Positions 1 to 9,774 of a DNA stretch of 61,495 bases are shown piece by piece. Made by a program: the position numbers and the translations under genes. Source of the DNA: a virus. Its lineage: Duplodnaviria > Caudoviricetes. Every line of letters begins with the position of its first letter. The first letter of the stretch is position 1. Location: the IMG/VR virus record IMGVR_UViG_3300023196_001512, positions 1 to 61,495 of that record; one strand, 5' to 3'. The notes under the pieces are model-generated. The model was given only the letters and a program-made list of their open reading frames with translations, made no database searches and was not told where the DNA came from.

Positions 1-1
1 C

Positions 2-808
2 AGAGTTGTTAGCTCTACCACGCTGAGGATTAGTTTCCCACCAATCACCAGACTTGCAGCCTATCATTTCATTATCTGCAGCACTGAACAAGCTAATAAG
101 AGCAGCTCTTCTAATTCCACCAGCAAGTACAGCGTCAGCAATATGGCAGATAATATCGTGCACCTCAATACTACTGAGATTCGATCCGTCTTCTTTCGCA
201 TTTAGTATTCCTTCTATTTTAATTAAACATTCTTTTAGAGGCTGTGGACCAGGCGCCTTACCACCAGATGTAACAAGCCTTGCGCCTTTAGGTCTAATGT
301 CAGTATAATCAAATATAATCTTAGAAGTACGCTTGTCGCCTAAGTAAGATTTAACTAACACTTTAACAGCGTCAGACCAACCTTCAATACTGTCACCAAT
401 AACGAAACGTCTACTACGCTTGTCAAACGGTTTAGTAATAGCCGGTAAGTTTTTAACGTGATGTTTCTGTACAGAGTAGCCTACGCCACAACCAGACAAT
501 AATAGAAACATTATCTCATTAAAAGCATCGATACTATCAGCAGGAAGATATGAACAATTATATAACCTGTTAGGAGATATTTCGATTGGCTTGCCCGCAA
601 ACTGTAGTGATCGCATGCTTGGTAAAACCTTCTTAGCATATACGTGACTGTACGCTTCATCTATTTCATTTATTAAATTAGGATATTTCTTTTTGTGCAT
701 TGCTATATTACGGTCTACAAGTTCCGCCCAAGTTTCCCGGCGGTTAAGCTCGGGAATATACTTAGCGTACTTCATATGAACCGTAATATCTGAGAGGATA
801 TTATTCAT
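2..808 (-). CDS. nrdJ: Class II (adenosylcobalamin-dependent) ribonucleotide reductase, N-terminal part, truncated by window edge
   Basis: Not in the ORF track; translated by hand from ATG 808 as MNNILSDITVHMKYAKYIPELNRRETWAELVDRN, later PSMRSL, LYNCSY, GCGVGYSV and WWETNPQRGRANNS, typical of monomeric RTPR. Confidence 0.9.
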   Translation of the reverse strand, partial: MNNILSDITVHMKYAKYIPELNRRETWAELVDRNIAMHKKKYPNLINEIDEAYSHVYAKKVLPSMRSLQFAGKPIEISPNRLYNCSYLPADSIDAFNEIMFLLLSGCGVGYSVQKHHVKNLPAITKPFDKRSRRFVIGDSIEGWSDAVKVLVKSYLGDKRTSKIIFDYTDIRPKGARLVTSGGKAPGPQPLKECLIKIEGILNAKEDGSNLSSIEVHDIICHIADAVLAGGIRRAALISLFSAADNEMIGCKSGDWWETNPQRGRANNS

Positions 809-811
809 TAA

Positions 812-949
812 TTAGTTTTTATATATAGTTAAACATGCGTCTAAGAACCCTACGTATAATACGTGGTTCGTCTTGTATTGTTCTCGGTATGTTCTAATAC
901 CAAATAGTATGCCCGGAAATGTTCCGAAACTTATTTCCCATTCTGTCAT
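812..949 (-). CDS. Small hypothetical protein (45 aa)
   Basis: Hand translation MTEWEISFGTFPGILFGIRTY...LTIYKN; ATGA overlap with the upstream gene; fills the gap exactly. Confidence 0.7.
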   Translation of the reverse strand: MTEWEISFGTFPGILFGIRTYREQYKTNHVLYVGFLDACLTIYKN

Positions 950-1398
950 TTGATTTTGTTTTGAATTAATTTAATAGTTTCGTCGCAGTCCTTCTGATTT
1001 TGAGGTTTATATAAAGTTACATGAGGTAAATTTTCTTTTACATACTTTTTAAACATTTTCCAGCGCATTGGAAAACTTTCGTTAGCTCGACCTTTACATT
1101 CAATTATAAAGTCTTTTGCTACAAAGTCTGGAGTATATTTAACTGGTAGTATTTTCTTATTACCTCTGTCTTTGTATTCACCCTTGCCATTGCCTTGCTT
1201 TTCGTAGGCAGACTGGGTAAACTCAAAACCATCTTGAACTACAAACGTTTCGCCTTCGTAGTCAGCTTTGATCTTTGCTTTTTTCAGAGCTAGATACATA
1301 TAGCGTTCTAACCCTGAAGCAAAGTTAATACCGTCTTGCGTAACGCGTTTAGCCCTTACAGGACCACGTTTTCGGCCTTTTCTAGACCTCTTAATCAT
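946..1398 (-). CDS. T7 endonuclease I-like PD-(D/E)xK nuclease / Holliday junction resolvase
   Basis: FASGLE and YTPDF...IIECKG motifs. Confidence 0.8.
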   Translation of the reverse strand: MIKRSRKGRKRGPVRAKRVTQDGINFASGLERYMYLALKKAKIKADYEGETFVVQDGFEFTQSAYEKQGNGKGEYKDRGNKKILPVKYTPDFVAKDFIIECKGRANESFPMRWKMFKKYVKENLPHVTLYKPQNQKDCDETIKLIQNKIK

Positions 1399-1651
1399 CT
1401 TTAAACTTTTTGACTAAAGCTTCTTCAGATAAGTCTCTAAGCTCTTCGCGTGCAGCTTGAATATACAGTATTGCATCCATTAGTTCTTCTTGTACATCTT
1501 CAAGATAACCTACTAGGTCTTTCATACCAGTTGTACGTTCAGTATCTAATGTTTGGCCGTACTTTTCAAAGCCTACGTCAGAACGCTTAACAAACTTGTT
1601 GACAACGTTTCTAACTACTGGATCTCTAAATTTAATTGTTTGCTCTGTCAT
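1391..1651 (-). CDS. Small all-alpha NTP pyrophosphohydrolase (MazG-superfamily)-like protein
   Basis: G.EKYG.TL followed by acidic helix EDVQEELMDAILY. Confidence 0.55.
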   Translation of the reverse strand: MTEQTIKFRDPVVRNVVNKFVKRSDVGFEKYGQTLDTERTTGMKDLVGYLEDVQEELMDAILYIQAAREELRDLSEEALVKKFKDD

Positions 1652-1652
1652 A

Positions 1653-2570
1653 TTAATTATCTTTTACAAATGTTCCGTTAATCATTTTGCCTTTACGCTT
1701 ACTAATAACGTTGTAGGCTTCTTGCATGCACTCTTCGATTGGCACACCTACAAGCTCAGCTAGATTTGTTAACACAACTACAGCGTCACCAATACCATCA
1801 ACTATCTCGTTTGTGTCTTCTTTCAACAAAGCTCTACCGATTTCACCAACTTCTTCCATTAGTTTGATGTATTGAGTTTTTGGATCACCTTTTTTATATA
1901 GACCTCTTTCTTTAGCCCAAGCTCTAATACAGTCAAACAAAGACTCTTCGCAGTTATTGCAATCAATAGCTTTTTTAGAGTAGTATTCTACTATTTCATC
2001 TTGATTAGAAAATAGCTTTCTGTTTGTTTTTGCAAACTCTGATCTACTAGCTTCTCTAATTACTTGAGCTTTATGAGTTGAACCTACAACAATGTTTCTA
2101 TGTGGATCATTATCATAATACTTAGCCATAGCTTTATTGTATATGTAACATCTATCATTACTATATTGAGAAGACTTAACATTGGCCATTATCCAATTTA
2201 TAGTTGGCTGTGTTACCGTAAACTCACCGTGCGATGTTGTCCACTGCATACCTAGCTCGTCCATTAATTGACCTTTCAATTTATTTATAGGGCACGGAAA
2301 GGTAGTCGTTGCCTCTGTGACATTAATTTTCATTTTATTAAATTCTTTAAAATTGTTAGTAAAAAGCTTTTCATAAAGTCTTTCATCAACAGGATAACCG
2401 TACTGAACCTGCATCTCACGCTCTAATATAGATATGTAAGATATATCGTCAGACCAAGCTAGTATTTCATACTCGCCAGACTCGTAGCCTTGCTGCTCTT
2501 CAACTCTATGTTTTAAATTATTTGTTACCCCTATTTTTTTACCTGGGATATGGTATAGTGCATATTTCAT
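1653..2570 (-). CDS. Fusion of N-terminal GIY-YIG-like domain and C-terminal MazG-like NTP pyrophosphohydrolase
   Basis: N-term YALYHIP..KIGVTNNLKHR; C-term WAKERGL..KLMEEVGE..EIVDGIGD. Confidence 0.75.
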   Translation of the reverse strand: MKYALYHIPGKKIGVTNNLKHRVEEQQGYESGEYEILAWSDDISYISILEREMQVQYGYPVDERLYEKLFTNNFKEFNKMKINVTEATTTFPCPINKLKGQLMDELGMQWTTSHGEFTVTQPTINWIMANVKSSQYSNDRCYIYNKAMAKYYDNDPHRNIVVGSTHKAQVIREASRSEFAKTNRKLFSNQDEIVEYYSKKAIDCNNCEESLFDCIRAWAKERGLYKKGDPKTQYIKLMEEVGEIGRALLKEDTNEIVDGIGDAVVVLTNLAELVGVPIEECMQEAYNVISKRKGKMINGTFVKDN

Positions 2571-3241
2571 TTGTGAAAAATTCTAGTGTTAGTATCTGGT
2601 AATTTATCATTATATAAGTGTAAGTTATGCGCGAAGTGGTAGTATGTGCCAAGACTATATCCTGTCTCTCTAGCAACTAATTCTTGTAAACTTGAAAACT
2701 GATACTGATCATTACAGAAGCCATACCAGAGGTCATTAGAACGCATTACAACAGACATGTTAAGCTTGTTGTCTACAACTGTAAACTGCACAGCGTAAGT
2801 ACAAGGCGTATCAAACGCGTATGTAATTATTTCCTTGCCGTCGTATATAGATATAGCTGCTTGTCTAGTTTCTGAGTTTTGCTTTAATTTTTCAATAACC
2901 ATTTCAAGCTGGCTATTACGTTGCCACTGCCAACCATAATTAGAATTTACATCTCCATTACAGTCAGCCATACGCTTCCATATCTCAGGAACTTTGCCAT
3001 ACAGTTCGCCAAGCTTTTTTATGTTTCGATCACCAGATAAATACCACTGCCACTCAGCTTCGGCATAATCTTTTGACCAACTACGTTTTACTCTACTGTC
3101 ATGTATATCCTTGTAAGAAGGGCTCTGTATTTCAAAACCTACATTAAATAATGTTTTAGTACCTGCAAAATCTACACCGTCGCGAACAATGCGCCAATAT
3201 AAATCGTGAAACGCTTCATTAGCTGTTTTAAAACTATGCAT
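2567..3241 (-). CDS. Thymidylate-synthase-family enzyme, T4 gp42-like dCMP hydroxymethylase (or dCMP methylase)
   Basis: Catalytic PC motif (DTPCT); MRSNDLWYGFCND has Asp at the dUMP/dCMP specificity position; P.IW..A..G.VNSNYGW block as in T4 gp42. Confidence 0.8.
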   Translation of the reverse strand: MHSFKTANEAFHDLYWRIVRDGVDFAGTKTLFNVGFEIQSPSYKDIHDSRVKRSWSKDYAEAEWQWYLSGDRNIKKLGELYGKVPEIWKRMADCNGDVNSNYGWQWQRNSQLEMVIEKLKQNSETRQAAISIYDGKEIITYAFDTPCTYAVQFTVVDNKLNMSVVMRSNDLWYGFCNDQYQFSSLQELVARETGYSLGTYYHFAHNLHLYNDKLPDTNTRIFHK

Positions 3242-3345
3242 AAATTTCTTTGTTAATTATATACCAAAACTTTAAGCCAAGACTACTTAACCTTTTGTTT
3301 AGTATTTTAGTTACACCATTTTGGTTCATTGCTATTGTCTTGTGA

Positions 3346-3618
3346 TCAAGATGTCTTATTGTATTTGTCATAATAATAGTTGTAATATTCTAATTGTTTA
3401 ATTAATACTTCGTTTTTCTTAAAGCTTGGACTAAAGTTTGATTTATCTTTAATAACTATTTCAATACAAAAGTCTAAGCCTGAGCCAGTATACTTTTGAG
3501 CAGGTACAACACAGCATTTTATACCGTGATTAATACACCAAGAAATTTTGTGAAAATCTTCTTTAGACCAAGCATAAAAACCTGCTTTAAATGGTCTACG
3601 TTTAGCCATTATTCCCAA
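3346..3618 (-). CDS. Hypothetical protein
   Basis: ORF in operon, adjoining the primase-helicase stop; true start may be the third Met. Confidence 0.65.
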   Translation of the reverse strand: MGIMAKRRPFKAGFYAWSKEDFHKISWCINHGIKCCVVPAQKYTGSGLDFCIEIVIKDKSNFSPSFKKNEVLIKQLEYYNYYYDKYNKTS

Positions 3619-5318
3619 GGCATTGGCTCAGCTTCAGCTTCAGTACCAACGTGAGGTACAAAACTACCGGAGCGCGGTTCCCATGTGAAAAAAGACTCAG
3701 CGCCATTTTCACCAAGGTTTTGGAACTTAACTTTAAGCACTTTAACCTTAGTTGTTTTAGCATCGTAATCTCTATGAACTAATAGCCCGTGATAACTAGC
3801 ATCGTACCATTCACCACCACCTTTAATATTATACATTGTTGGCTCTTCCATCTTGCCATCTTGGCCTTTGTACATTTTAGTAGGATGTGCTACAATAAAT
3901 GTAAGTACGTCATACTTTTTACAAAAAGCTTCAATCTTAGCTAGATAATCCATTGTGTAGCGATTAACGTCATCTGAGTGCGCATTAACATCTCTAACTT
4001 TATTAAAAGGATCAATAACAAGGCATTTAATACCTTTACGTTTAACAAGCTCGGCGCCTTTGCGTAATACAGCTTCTAAGTTGTATTTATCCATATCAAT
4101 AAAGAAGTAATTATCATTAACATGTTCAGTGACTTGTGACCATTTATCACCACCAATATCACCAACAGATGGCATGTCTTGCCAATGTTTACGCATTAAT
4201 TTGTGCGCATGGAGATAGACTGGTTGGTTTTCTGGACTAGCATACGCAGTCTTCCAACCGTATAATTGATTATAGCCCACAACCATTTGGTCAACAAAGT
4301 CAGACTTGCCGCTACTGGGTACGCCAGTAACAGTAATAAACTGACCGGTGTAAGTAGAGAAAATACTATCAAAGTTTTTAAGTCCGATTTGAAAGCCGGG
4401 CTTAAACCCGTTTTTAACAAAATCCTTAAGTTCATCTTCTATATCTTTTAATGTAGACACACCTTCAAGAGGTACAGGCCTAACGTTATCAATAACATTT
4501 CTAAGCGCGGGCTTTCCGTACTTAACTAAATAATCGTTCGCGTCTTTACAATCATCGAAATCGACTAGATAACAAACTTCAGCGCCGAGCCTACGAATAA
4601 ACTCTTGTCTTAGCGCTTGGCCAGGTTCATCAGCATCAACTGCTAATATAACTTTTTCTTTGTCATCAAAATAGTCTATGCAATTATCTAAATAATCGAG
4701 ATTGTTTGAGTTCAACGTAGCGCCATTAGGCACTGATATAACGTTTGCTACTCCCGCTTCGTGCATTGCAAGCACGTCCATTTCGCCTTCAACTATAACA
4801 CAAGTATCATAACCAATAATACTATTGATGTTGTAAAATATCTTCTCTGCACCTTTGTACAGCTTAAAGTTTTTACGACCATCTCTGTATTTAATGTTTA
4901 TAAGCTGATCGCCTATGTTATAGTTAAATTGAATTGTATTCTCAGTCTTACCTGTTTGAGGCATAAACTCAGGACCTTCAGTTACTTGAAGATCCTGTAG
5001 CGTTTGCTTTGAAATGCCTCTTGTTGCAAACCATTCTTCAACTTTTGTACTTACTTCGTTGAAAGACTCAACTTTAGGTCTAATATAGACCTTTTCGCTA
5101 GCGCCTTTACGTTGGTATGTATGTAGTTGAAAACTAGTGTTGCAGTTGTGACAGGTGCCGAGACCACGTTCCCAGTCGTAAGAAGCGCATTTAGCTTTCT
5201 TATTCTCAGGTTTCCTATCAGCTGAGCACAAAGGGCAAACCCCTTGTGACTTACCAGCTTCTAAGCTATGTTGATTGAACTTATCAATCAAAAATCCATT
5301 GATCTCTCTACTTTCCAT
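3609..5318 (-). CDS. T7 gp4/Twinkle-like DNA primase-helicase
   Basis: Zn finger CPLC..CHNC, TOPRIM EGEMD and DAD, Walker A GVPSSGKS, LVIDP, VAHP. Confidence 0.93.
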   Translation of the reverse strand: MESREINGFLIDKFNQHSLEAGKSQGVCPLCSADRKPENKKAKCASYDWERGLGTCHNCNTSFQLHTYQRKGASEKVYIRPKVESFNEVSTKVEEWFATRGISKQTLQDLQVTEGPEFMPQTGKTENTIQFNYNIGDQLINIKYRDGRKNFKLYKGAEKIFYNINSIIGYDTCVIVEGEMDVLAMHEAGVANVISVPNGATLNSNNLDYLDNCIDYFDDKEKVILAVDADEPGQALRQEFIRRLGAEVCYLVDFDDCKDANDYLVKYGKPALRNVIDNVRPVPLEGVSTLKDIEDELKDFVKNGFKPGFQIGLKNFDSIFSTYTGQFITVTGVPSSGKSDFVDQMVVGYNQLYGWKTAYASPENQPVYLHAHKLMRKHWQDMPSVGDIGGDKWSQVTEHVNDNYFFIDMDKYNLEAVLRKGAELVKRKGIKCLVIDPFNKVRDVNAHSDDVNRYTMDYLAKIEAFCKKYDVLTFIVAHPTKMYKGQDGKMEEPTMYNIKGGGEWYDASYHGLLVHRDYDAKTTKVKVLKVKFQNLGENGAESFFTWEPRSGSFVPHVGTEAEAEPMPWE

Positions 5319-5321
5319 TTA

Positions 5322-5630
5322 TTAAAATGGTAGGTCGTTATCAGCTACTTGTGCTTGTTGCGGTGGAGCAGTTGAGTTGTCTCTTGGTGCAGCATCAACA
5401 TTGTTGCCGTTAGTCCAAACAACTTTAACGTTACCTAAGTAAGTCTTAGCTGTTTTAGCATCACGCTCTTCTTTTGTTTGATCTACAATAACTGGACCTT
5501 GGTTGCCAAACTGATCAACCTCGTCGTTCAATGTAATTGTAATAGGTAAATACTTACCTTTCTTACCATTGATAATTCTGTCTTTAGGAATCTCATTAAG
5601 ATTAATAGACGCTTTAATAATACTTGCCAT
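5322..5630 (-). CDS. Putative single-stranded DNA-binding protein
   Basis: Beta-rich small protein with acidic C-terminal tail DNDLPF, between recombination genes and primase. Confidence 0.6.
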   Translation of the reverse strand: MASIIKASINLNEIPKDRIINGKKGKYLPITITLNDEVDQFGNQGPVIVDQTKEERDAKTAKTYLGNVKVVWTNGNNVDAAPRDNSTAPPQQAQVADNDLPF

Positions 5631-5665
5631 AATAAAATAAAATTAGTTAATTAATTAATTAAAAG

Positions 5666-6397
5666 TTACAGTGTCTCTGTTTTAAGATACTGCTTAGGGT
5701 CAAAGTTGTCGTTTTTAAAGAACAGATCATACTGTTCACTAGCTGCTTCAACTTTTTTAGCACCTTGCTCGTAAAACTGCGGCGAGCAGTCAAACAAACC
5801 AATTTGCTTAGTTGTTTTGTCTATAACCATAAACAAAAATTCATATCCATGAAATAGCTTACTATAAATGTAAGCTTGGCTATCATAGTTATATTTCTTA
5901 GCGTTCCATCTAAATTTTTCTATGTCAGCCGTTGTTTTAAGGTCGATGATTAATTTCTCGTCATGATTAATTATATCAGCTTTACCTTTCCACTTATTGC
6001 CAAATAACTCAGTAACATTAGGCTCTTCAAACACACAGTTAGCACCGTGAATTAAGCTTCTACAAACATCATTTTCTAAAACTGTATCAATAAGTAGTTG
6101 AGCATTGTCAACCTCTGATTTCAACAAACACATTTCACCACCAGAAAGCTCTTTATAAGCTTTAGTGTTGCGGTTAGTTGCTTCTACAATTTTAAAGCTT
6201 TTCAGTTTGTGAGGCTCTAATATAGCCGTGTGAAAATAACCACCAACTAAAAAAGCAGGTATCTTTTTCTGAGTATCGTATAACGACAACGGGTTTTTAA
6301 GCAACGTAGATATATTAGAGTTACTTAAGAACTGCTGGCCATACTCGCCGTAGTAGTGCTTGTCTTCTTTTAGTTTGTAGTAATTTTCTTTAGTCAT
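5666..6397 (-). CDS. RecE/exonuclease VIII-like PD-(D/E)xK exonuclease
   Basis: LSNS, G.YFH..ILEP, KGKAD..IIDLKTT, Y..QAYIY motifs. Confidence 0.85.
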   Translation of the reverse strand: MTKENYYKLKEDKHYYGEYGQQFLSNSNISTLLKNPLSLYDTQKKIPAFLVGGYFHTAILEPHKLKSFKIVEATNRNTKAYKELSGGEMCLLKSEVDNAQLLIDTVLENDVCRSLIHGANCVFEEPNVTELFGNKWKGKADIINHDEKLIIDLKTTADIEKFRWNAKKYNYDSQAYIYSKLFHGYEFLFMVIDKTTKQIGLFDCSPQFYEQGAKKVEAASEQYDLFFKNDNFDPKQYLKTETL

Positions 6398-6948
6398 TAT
6401 TTAGTCAATTGTTTTTCCTGCGCTGCAGTTAGTTTATACTTAGTTTTAATAGCAGCAATATCACCGCCTGCAGCTACGTATTCTATAGCCTTAACTAATT
6501 GTTCGCTAGTAATAGCGGGCTTAGCTTTAGCTACAACTTTAGCTGCAACGCCTTTACCGTGGTTGTTAGTAGCATCCGCGTCTTCAGTGTCATCAATCAA
6601 GAATAAATTACCAAGAGCATATTTTTTAGCGTACGTAGATGCTGCACCAAACTGTTGAGCAGTCTGCATGCCTTTTTGCTGTGTGTCAACGCCAACAACG
6701 GCAGTAGCGTGTATAGCATCGGTGCCATCGCTTATTGTAGCAGTTGACTTGATAATTGGAACTGGATCTGTAGCGATTAGCTCTTCTGATATTGTTACTG
6801 ATATGTTATGTTGTAATAAAAAAGGCTTGACGCCTTCGAGAATGTCTTCAGCTTTACGGAAGTAATACTTACCGAAACTATTGTATGAAGACTTTTTAGC
6901 TTTTAGCTTTGTTTGTACATCAGCTAATTTTTTAGTTAACTCTTTCAT
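6397..6948 (-). CDS. ERF-family single-strand annealing protein
   Basis: N.FGKYYFRKAEDI and Q.FGAASTYAKKYAL..LF.IDD.ED.D signature. Confidence 0.9.
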   Translation of the reverse strand: MKELTKKLADVQTKLKAKKSSYNSFGKYYFRKAEDILEGVKPFLLQHNISVTISEELIATDPVPIIKSTATISDGTDAIHATAVVGVDTQQKGMQTAQQFGAASTYAKKYALGNLFLIDDTEDADATNNHGKGVAAKVVAKAKPAITSEQLVKAIEYVAAGGDIAAIKTKYKLTAAQEKQLTK

Positions 6949-7007
6949 AATTGGTATATTGGTTTAATTAATAATTACACGTTAGTGTTTCACTTTTAAT
7001 ACATAAC

Positions 7008-7754
7008 TTACAGGTAATCAGTCACTTGTGAGTGAGCTATTGCCTTTTTAAGTTTGTCTAACGCCTGTCTTTTTAGCTGTGACACGCGTACATAAGAGCT
7101 ATTGCCTTTGATACCTAGATGATTAGCTATCTCTGTAGCTGATTTTTTCTCACTATCAATACCGTAACTCATTTTAATAACGTCAGACTCTTTCTGCGTT
7201 AAGTTTTTATCTACTATTTTAGATATTATATTTGCTAAATCTTCGTTGTTTAACTCATACTCATTTTCAGGAACATCATATATAAGTTTCTTGTCTTCAA
7301 GAGCTTCTATTGACGTAAACACAGAGTTAAAAAACATTTCAGAAGCTTTTTTGTCGTCATCAAAGTTCTTGCGTATCTCATTTAGCTTATGCTCTGGTAT
7401 ACGCATGCTACCACGATTATTATCAATAGCTCTACGTATTGCACCTTTAATACGCTTAGCTAAAAAAGATTTTAATCTTTTCTCAGGATCATCAGCTTCG
7501 TATATAGTGTCCCACACTATTTTGTCTACAGCTTTTATTAAGCCTAAGCTACCTTCTTGTATCATGTCTACAATAGTCATAACGCCAGAAGCTTGTTCAG
7601 ATGTAGAAAACTTACGAGCCAAGTTCTCAACTAAAGGCATGAACTTAGTTATAAGCTCATCTCTAGTATACTCATCCCAAATTTTACCGTCAGGTTGAGA
7701 AGCTTTTAAATCAGCTCTATATCTATTGAAATTTTCTTGATCATACTTTTTCAT
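7008..7754 (-). CDS. Phage-encoded sigma70-family RNA polymerase sigma factor
   Basis: Region 2 (PLV..LARKF, DMIQEGSLGLIKAVDK), MRIP, and region 4 HTH (LT.KE..VI...YG, EIA..LG, RVSQL). Confidence 0.88.
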   Translation of the reverse strand: MKKYDQENFNRYRADLKASQPDGKIWDEYTRDELITKFMPLVENLARKFSTSEQASGVMTIVDMIQEGSLGLIKAVDKIVWDTIYEADDPEKRLKSFLAKRIKGAIRRAIDNNRGSMRIPEHKLNEIRKNFDDDKKASEMFFNSVFTSIEALEDKKLIYDVPENEYELNNEDLANIISKIVDKNLTQKESDVIKMSYGIDSEKKSATEIANHLGIKGNSSYVRVSQLKRQALDKLKKAIAHSQVTDYL

Positions 7755-7837
7755 ACAACGAATATATACTTTTTTTTATTACGACGGCCAAATAATTACT
7801 AACGGCTCTTTGTTAGTATCTTTTTTAACTTTAGGTT

Positions 7838-8461
7838 TTAACATAATTGTTGGTTTAATAATTCTTTTTCTTTTTTAAGGTCTTGACACATGTGTCTATG
7901 AACCGTACGGCTAGAGACTTTCAGAAGCTCAGAGAGCTTACGTATCGTAATCTTTTGTTTGTTATCGTGCATATCAACCATAACAGCATATATGTCGTCT
8001 GGTTGTATTCTAGGGCTTTGCCCAACTAACTGACCTACGATAGATAATTTCTGTTGTTTTGTTAAACCGCTAAAAGGTTTAAATATTACTTTACGTAATT
8101 TATTATTCGGCGGTCTATCAAGGTCAGACATGTTAACTTCATATATAACTTTATCTAGTAGTTGAGCTGACACATTGAAGCTTACAAAGCCATGACGCTT
8201 TTCAGCTATATACTCTGCTAGATCGGCAAACTCATCTGTGTTAAGACTAGGGTTTAAATACCATACTACAAGCAAGTGCCACTTAAGTGATTTATACGTA
8301 GTAATCTTTGCTGAAGATCTAAACAACTCATAACATTGATGTGTGCCATCTTTATAGTACATAAACTCTTTAGCATCAATATCAGGTTTATCTGTTGTAG
8401 GTAAACGCCTGTATATCAATCGCCTATTGTTTAAATATGTTAGGTTTCTTTCGTGTGACAT
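7838..8461 (-). CDS. Hypothetical protein with C-terminal helix-turn-helix
   Basis: ITIRKLSELLKVSSRTVHRH. Confidence 0.7.
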   Translation of the reverse strand: MSHERNLTYLNNRRLIYRRLPTTDKPDIDAKEFMYYKDGTHQCYELFRSSAKITTYKSLKWHLLVVWYLNPSLNTDEFADLAEYIAEKRHGFVSFNVSAQLLDKVIYEVNMSDLDRPPNNKLRKVIFKPFSGLTKQQKLSIVGQLVGQSPRIQPDDIYAVMVDMHDNKQKITIRKLSELLKVSSRTVHRHMCQDLKKEKELLNQQLC

Positions 8462-8499
8462 TAGCCTGCTACTATTTATTCTTAGAAGCTGTTGTCACA
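8454..8499. promoter_or_regulatory. Inverted repeat TGTGACA-N32-TGTCACA overlapping the start codon of the HTH gene
   Basis: Arms at 8454-8460 and 8493-8499. Confidence 0.45.
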
Positions 8500-8559
8500 G
8501 TCCCTTTTAACGATGCAACAATAATTCTTTTAGAATTATCATTAGGGTACTTAATCTTA

Positions 8560-9054
8560 TTAAACTGCTTGATACGTTTCTTTAGGTCTTTGTTCATATA
8601 ACTTTTCAGTTTTTAGGTTTGCAATATTCTTTTTTTCGTTGATGTAATAATTCCAATAAGCTTGTATACTACATTCATCTTTGTATTCATCAGGCATACA
8701 CTGAGGCATATCTGTTAATCCTGTAAAAGATAGTCCGCCTGGCAATATGTTAAGCTTATCTTTACATTTAGTGTAAGACATATGCTCTTTGCCATAACGT
8801 TTAGTATATTCTTTAGACAACGCTACAAAATGATGGTATAACCATTCATAGTTGTTAGCTGATCGCCTAGCCCATATAGTTGATGGGTGATTGACGTGCG
8901 CACGTTTATAAGGCACGTCAGCATCTTCACCCATGATTTCATGGTGTGCGGTACATAGCATTTGCGCAGATTCTAATATCATCTTAACAACGTGTTTGTT
9001 GTACTGTAGTTTAGCGGCTTCACGCGGGTCTTGGTGTAAATAAAATATATTCAT
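8560..9054 (-). CDS. Pyrimidine-dimer DNA glycosylase (DenV-like) family protein
   Basis: MNIFYL..P..AA...KHVVKMILESAQML and H.NHPS..WAR motifs. Confidence 0.75.
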   Translation of the reverse strand: MNIFYLHQDPREAAKLQYNKHVVKMILESAQMLCTAHHEIMGEDADVPYKRAHVNHPSTIWARRSANNYEWLYHHFVALSKEYTKRYGKEHMSYTKCKDKLNILPGGLSFTGLTDMPQCMPDEYKDECSIQAYWNYYINEKKNIANLKTEKLYEQRPKETYQAV

Positions 9055-9320
9055 AATTCCTCTACTATTCTTTGTACTTTATCAAGATGCTTCTTAACAG
9101 CTGCACATTTTTCATACTCTTCACGATCTTCATATAAATTTATTAGTGTCATTAGCCTAGCTAACTCACCAACAGCGTGATCATTTAAGTCATCTGCATA
9201 ATATTCCATGGTGTCTCTAGCTTCTGTTTGTTCTACTCCGTAGATGCGCTTAATCAATGCGCCAGCTAGTCTATCTACTAATTTGTCTAATTGTTTTTCA
9301 GTCATGTTTATATTATCCAT
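9051..9320 (-). CDS. Hypothetical protein with UVR-like C-terminal helix pair
   Basis: EEYEKCAAVK; overlapping operon arrangement. Confidence 0.65.
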   Translation of the reverse strand: MDNINMTEKQLDKLVDRLAGALIKRIYGVEQTEARDTMEYYADDLNDHAVGELARLMTLINLYEDREEYEKCAAVKKHLDKVQRIVEEL

Positions 9321-9774
9321 TAGTATTCGTATTAAGTTTGTATCTTCTTATAAGATCACTTGCTTGACCTACAAATATACAGTGATCAGCAGTAGTGTGA
9401 TCATACCTGAATATGCTAATCCATATTTGATCTTTACCCCACCAAAAGTAATATGTGTAGTCAAGATCGCCATGCTCACGGCCTGGTGTTTCTAAATATA
9501 CATTGTGTGATTCATTGCTAACTCTTCCGTAATGTACACCTAGTTTTAAATGTGTTAATAGCTGCGCTGCAAAACAGTCTACGCCGTTATGCGCTTGACC
9601 AACATTACTTGTAAATTCTGCTAATGCAACACCTAAAAAGTCAGGTGCACCATCGTAATGATGGTATATTTGGTGTGTGACTATCTGTCTACTGCAGTCG
9701 TCGTATAGTTTAAAGTCGCTGAATGATACGCCTGATTGACGCTCAGCAAATCGTATTAGTGCTCTAGTTGCCAT
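9313..9774 (-). CDS. Conserved phage hypothetical protein
   Basis: MATRA..IY.HYDG.P..LG pattern common in phage early proteins. Confidence 0.7.
   Translation of the reverse strand: MATRALIRFAERQSGVSFSDFKLYDDCSRQIVTHQIYHHYDGAPDFLGVALAEFTSNVGQAHNGVDCFAAQLLTHLKLGVHYGRVSNESHNVYLETPGREHGDLDYTYYFWWGKDQIWISIFRYDHTTADHCIFVGQASDLIRRYKLNTNTNG

Noticed and set aside
2316-2325. TGTGACATTA half-site matching the 8454 repeat arm
   Set aside because: Inside a coding region with no partner arm at the expected distance; likely chance.
2567-3241. Plain thyA annotation
   Set aside because: Specificity residue is Asp rather than Asn and flanking motifs match T4 gp42.
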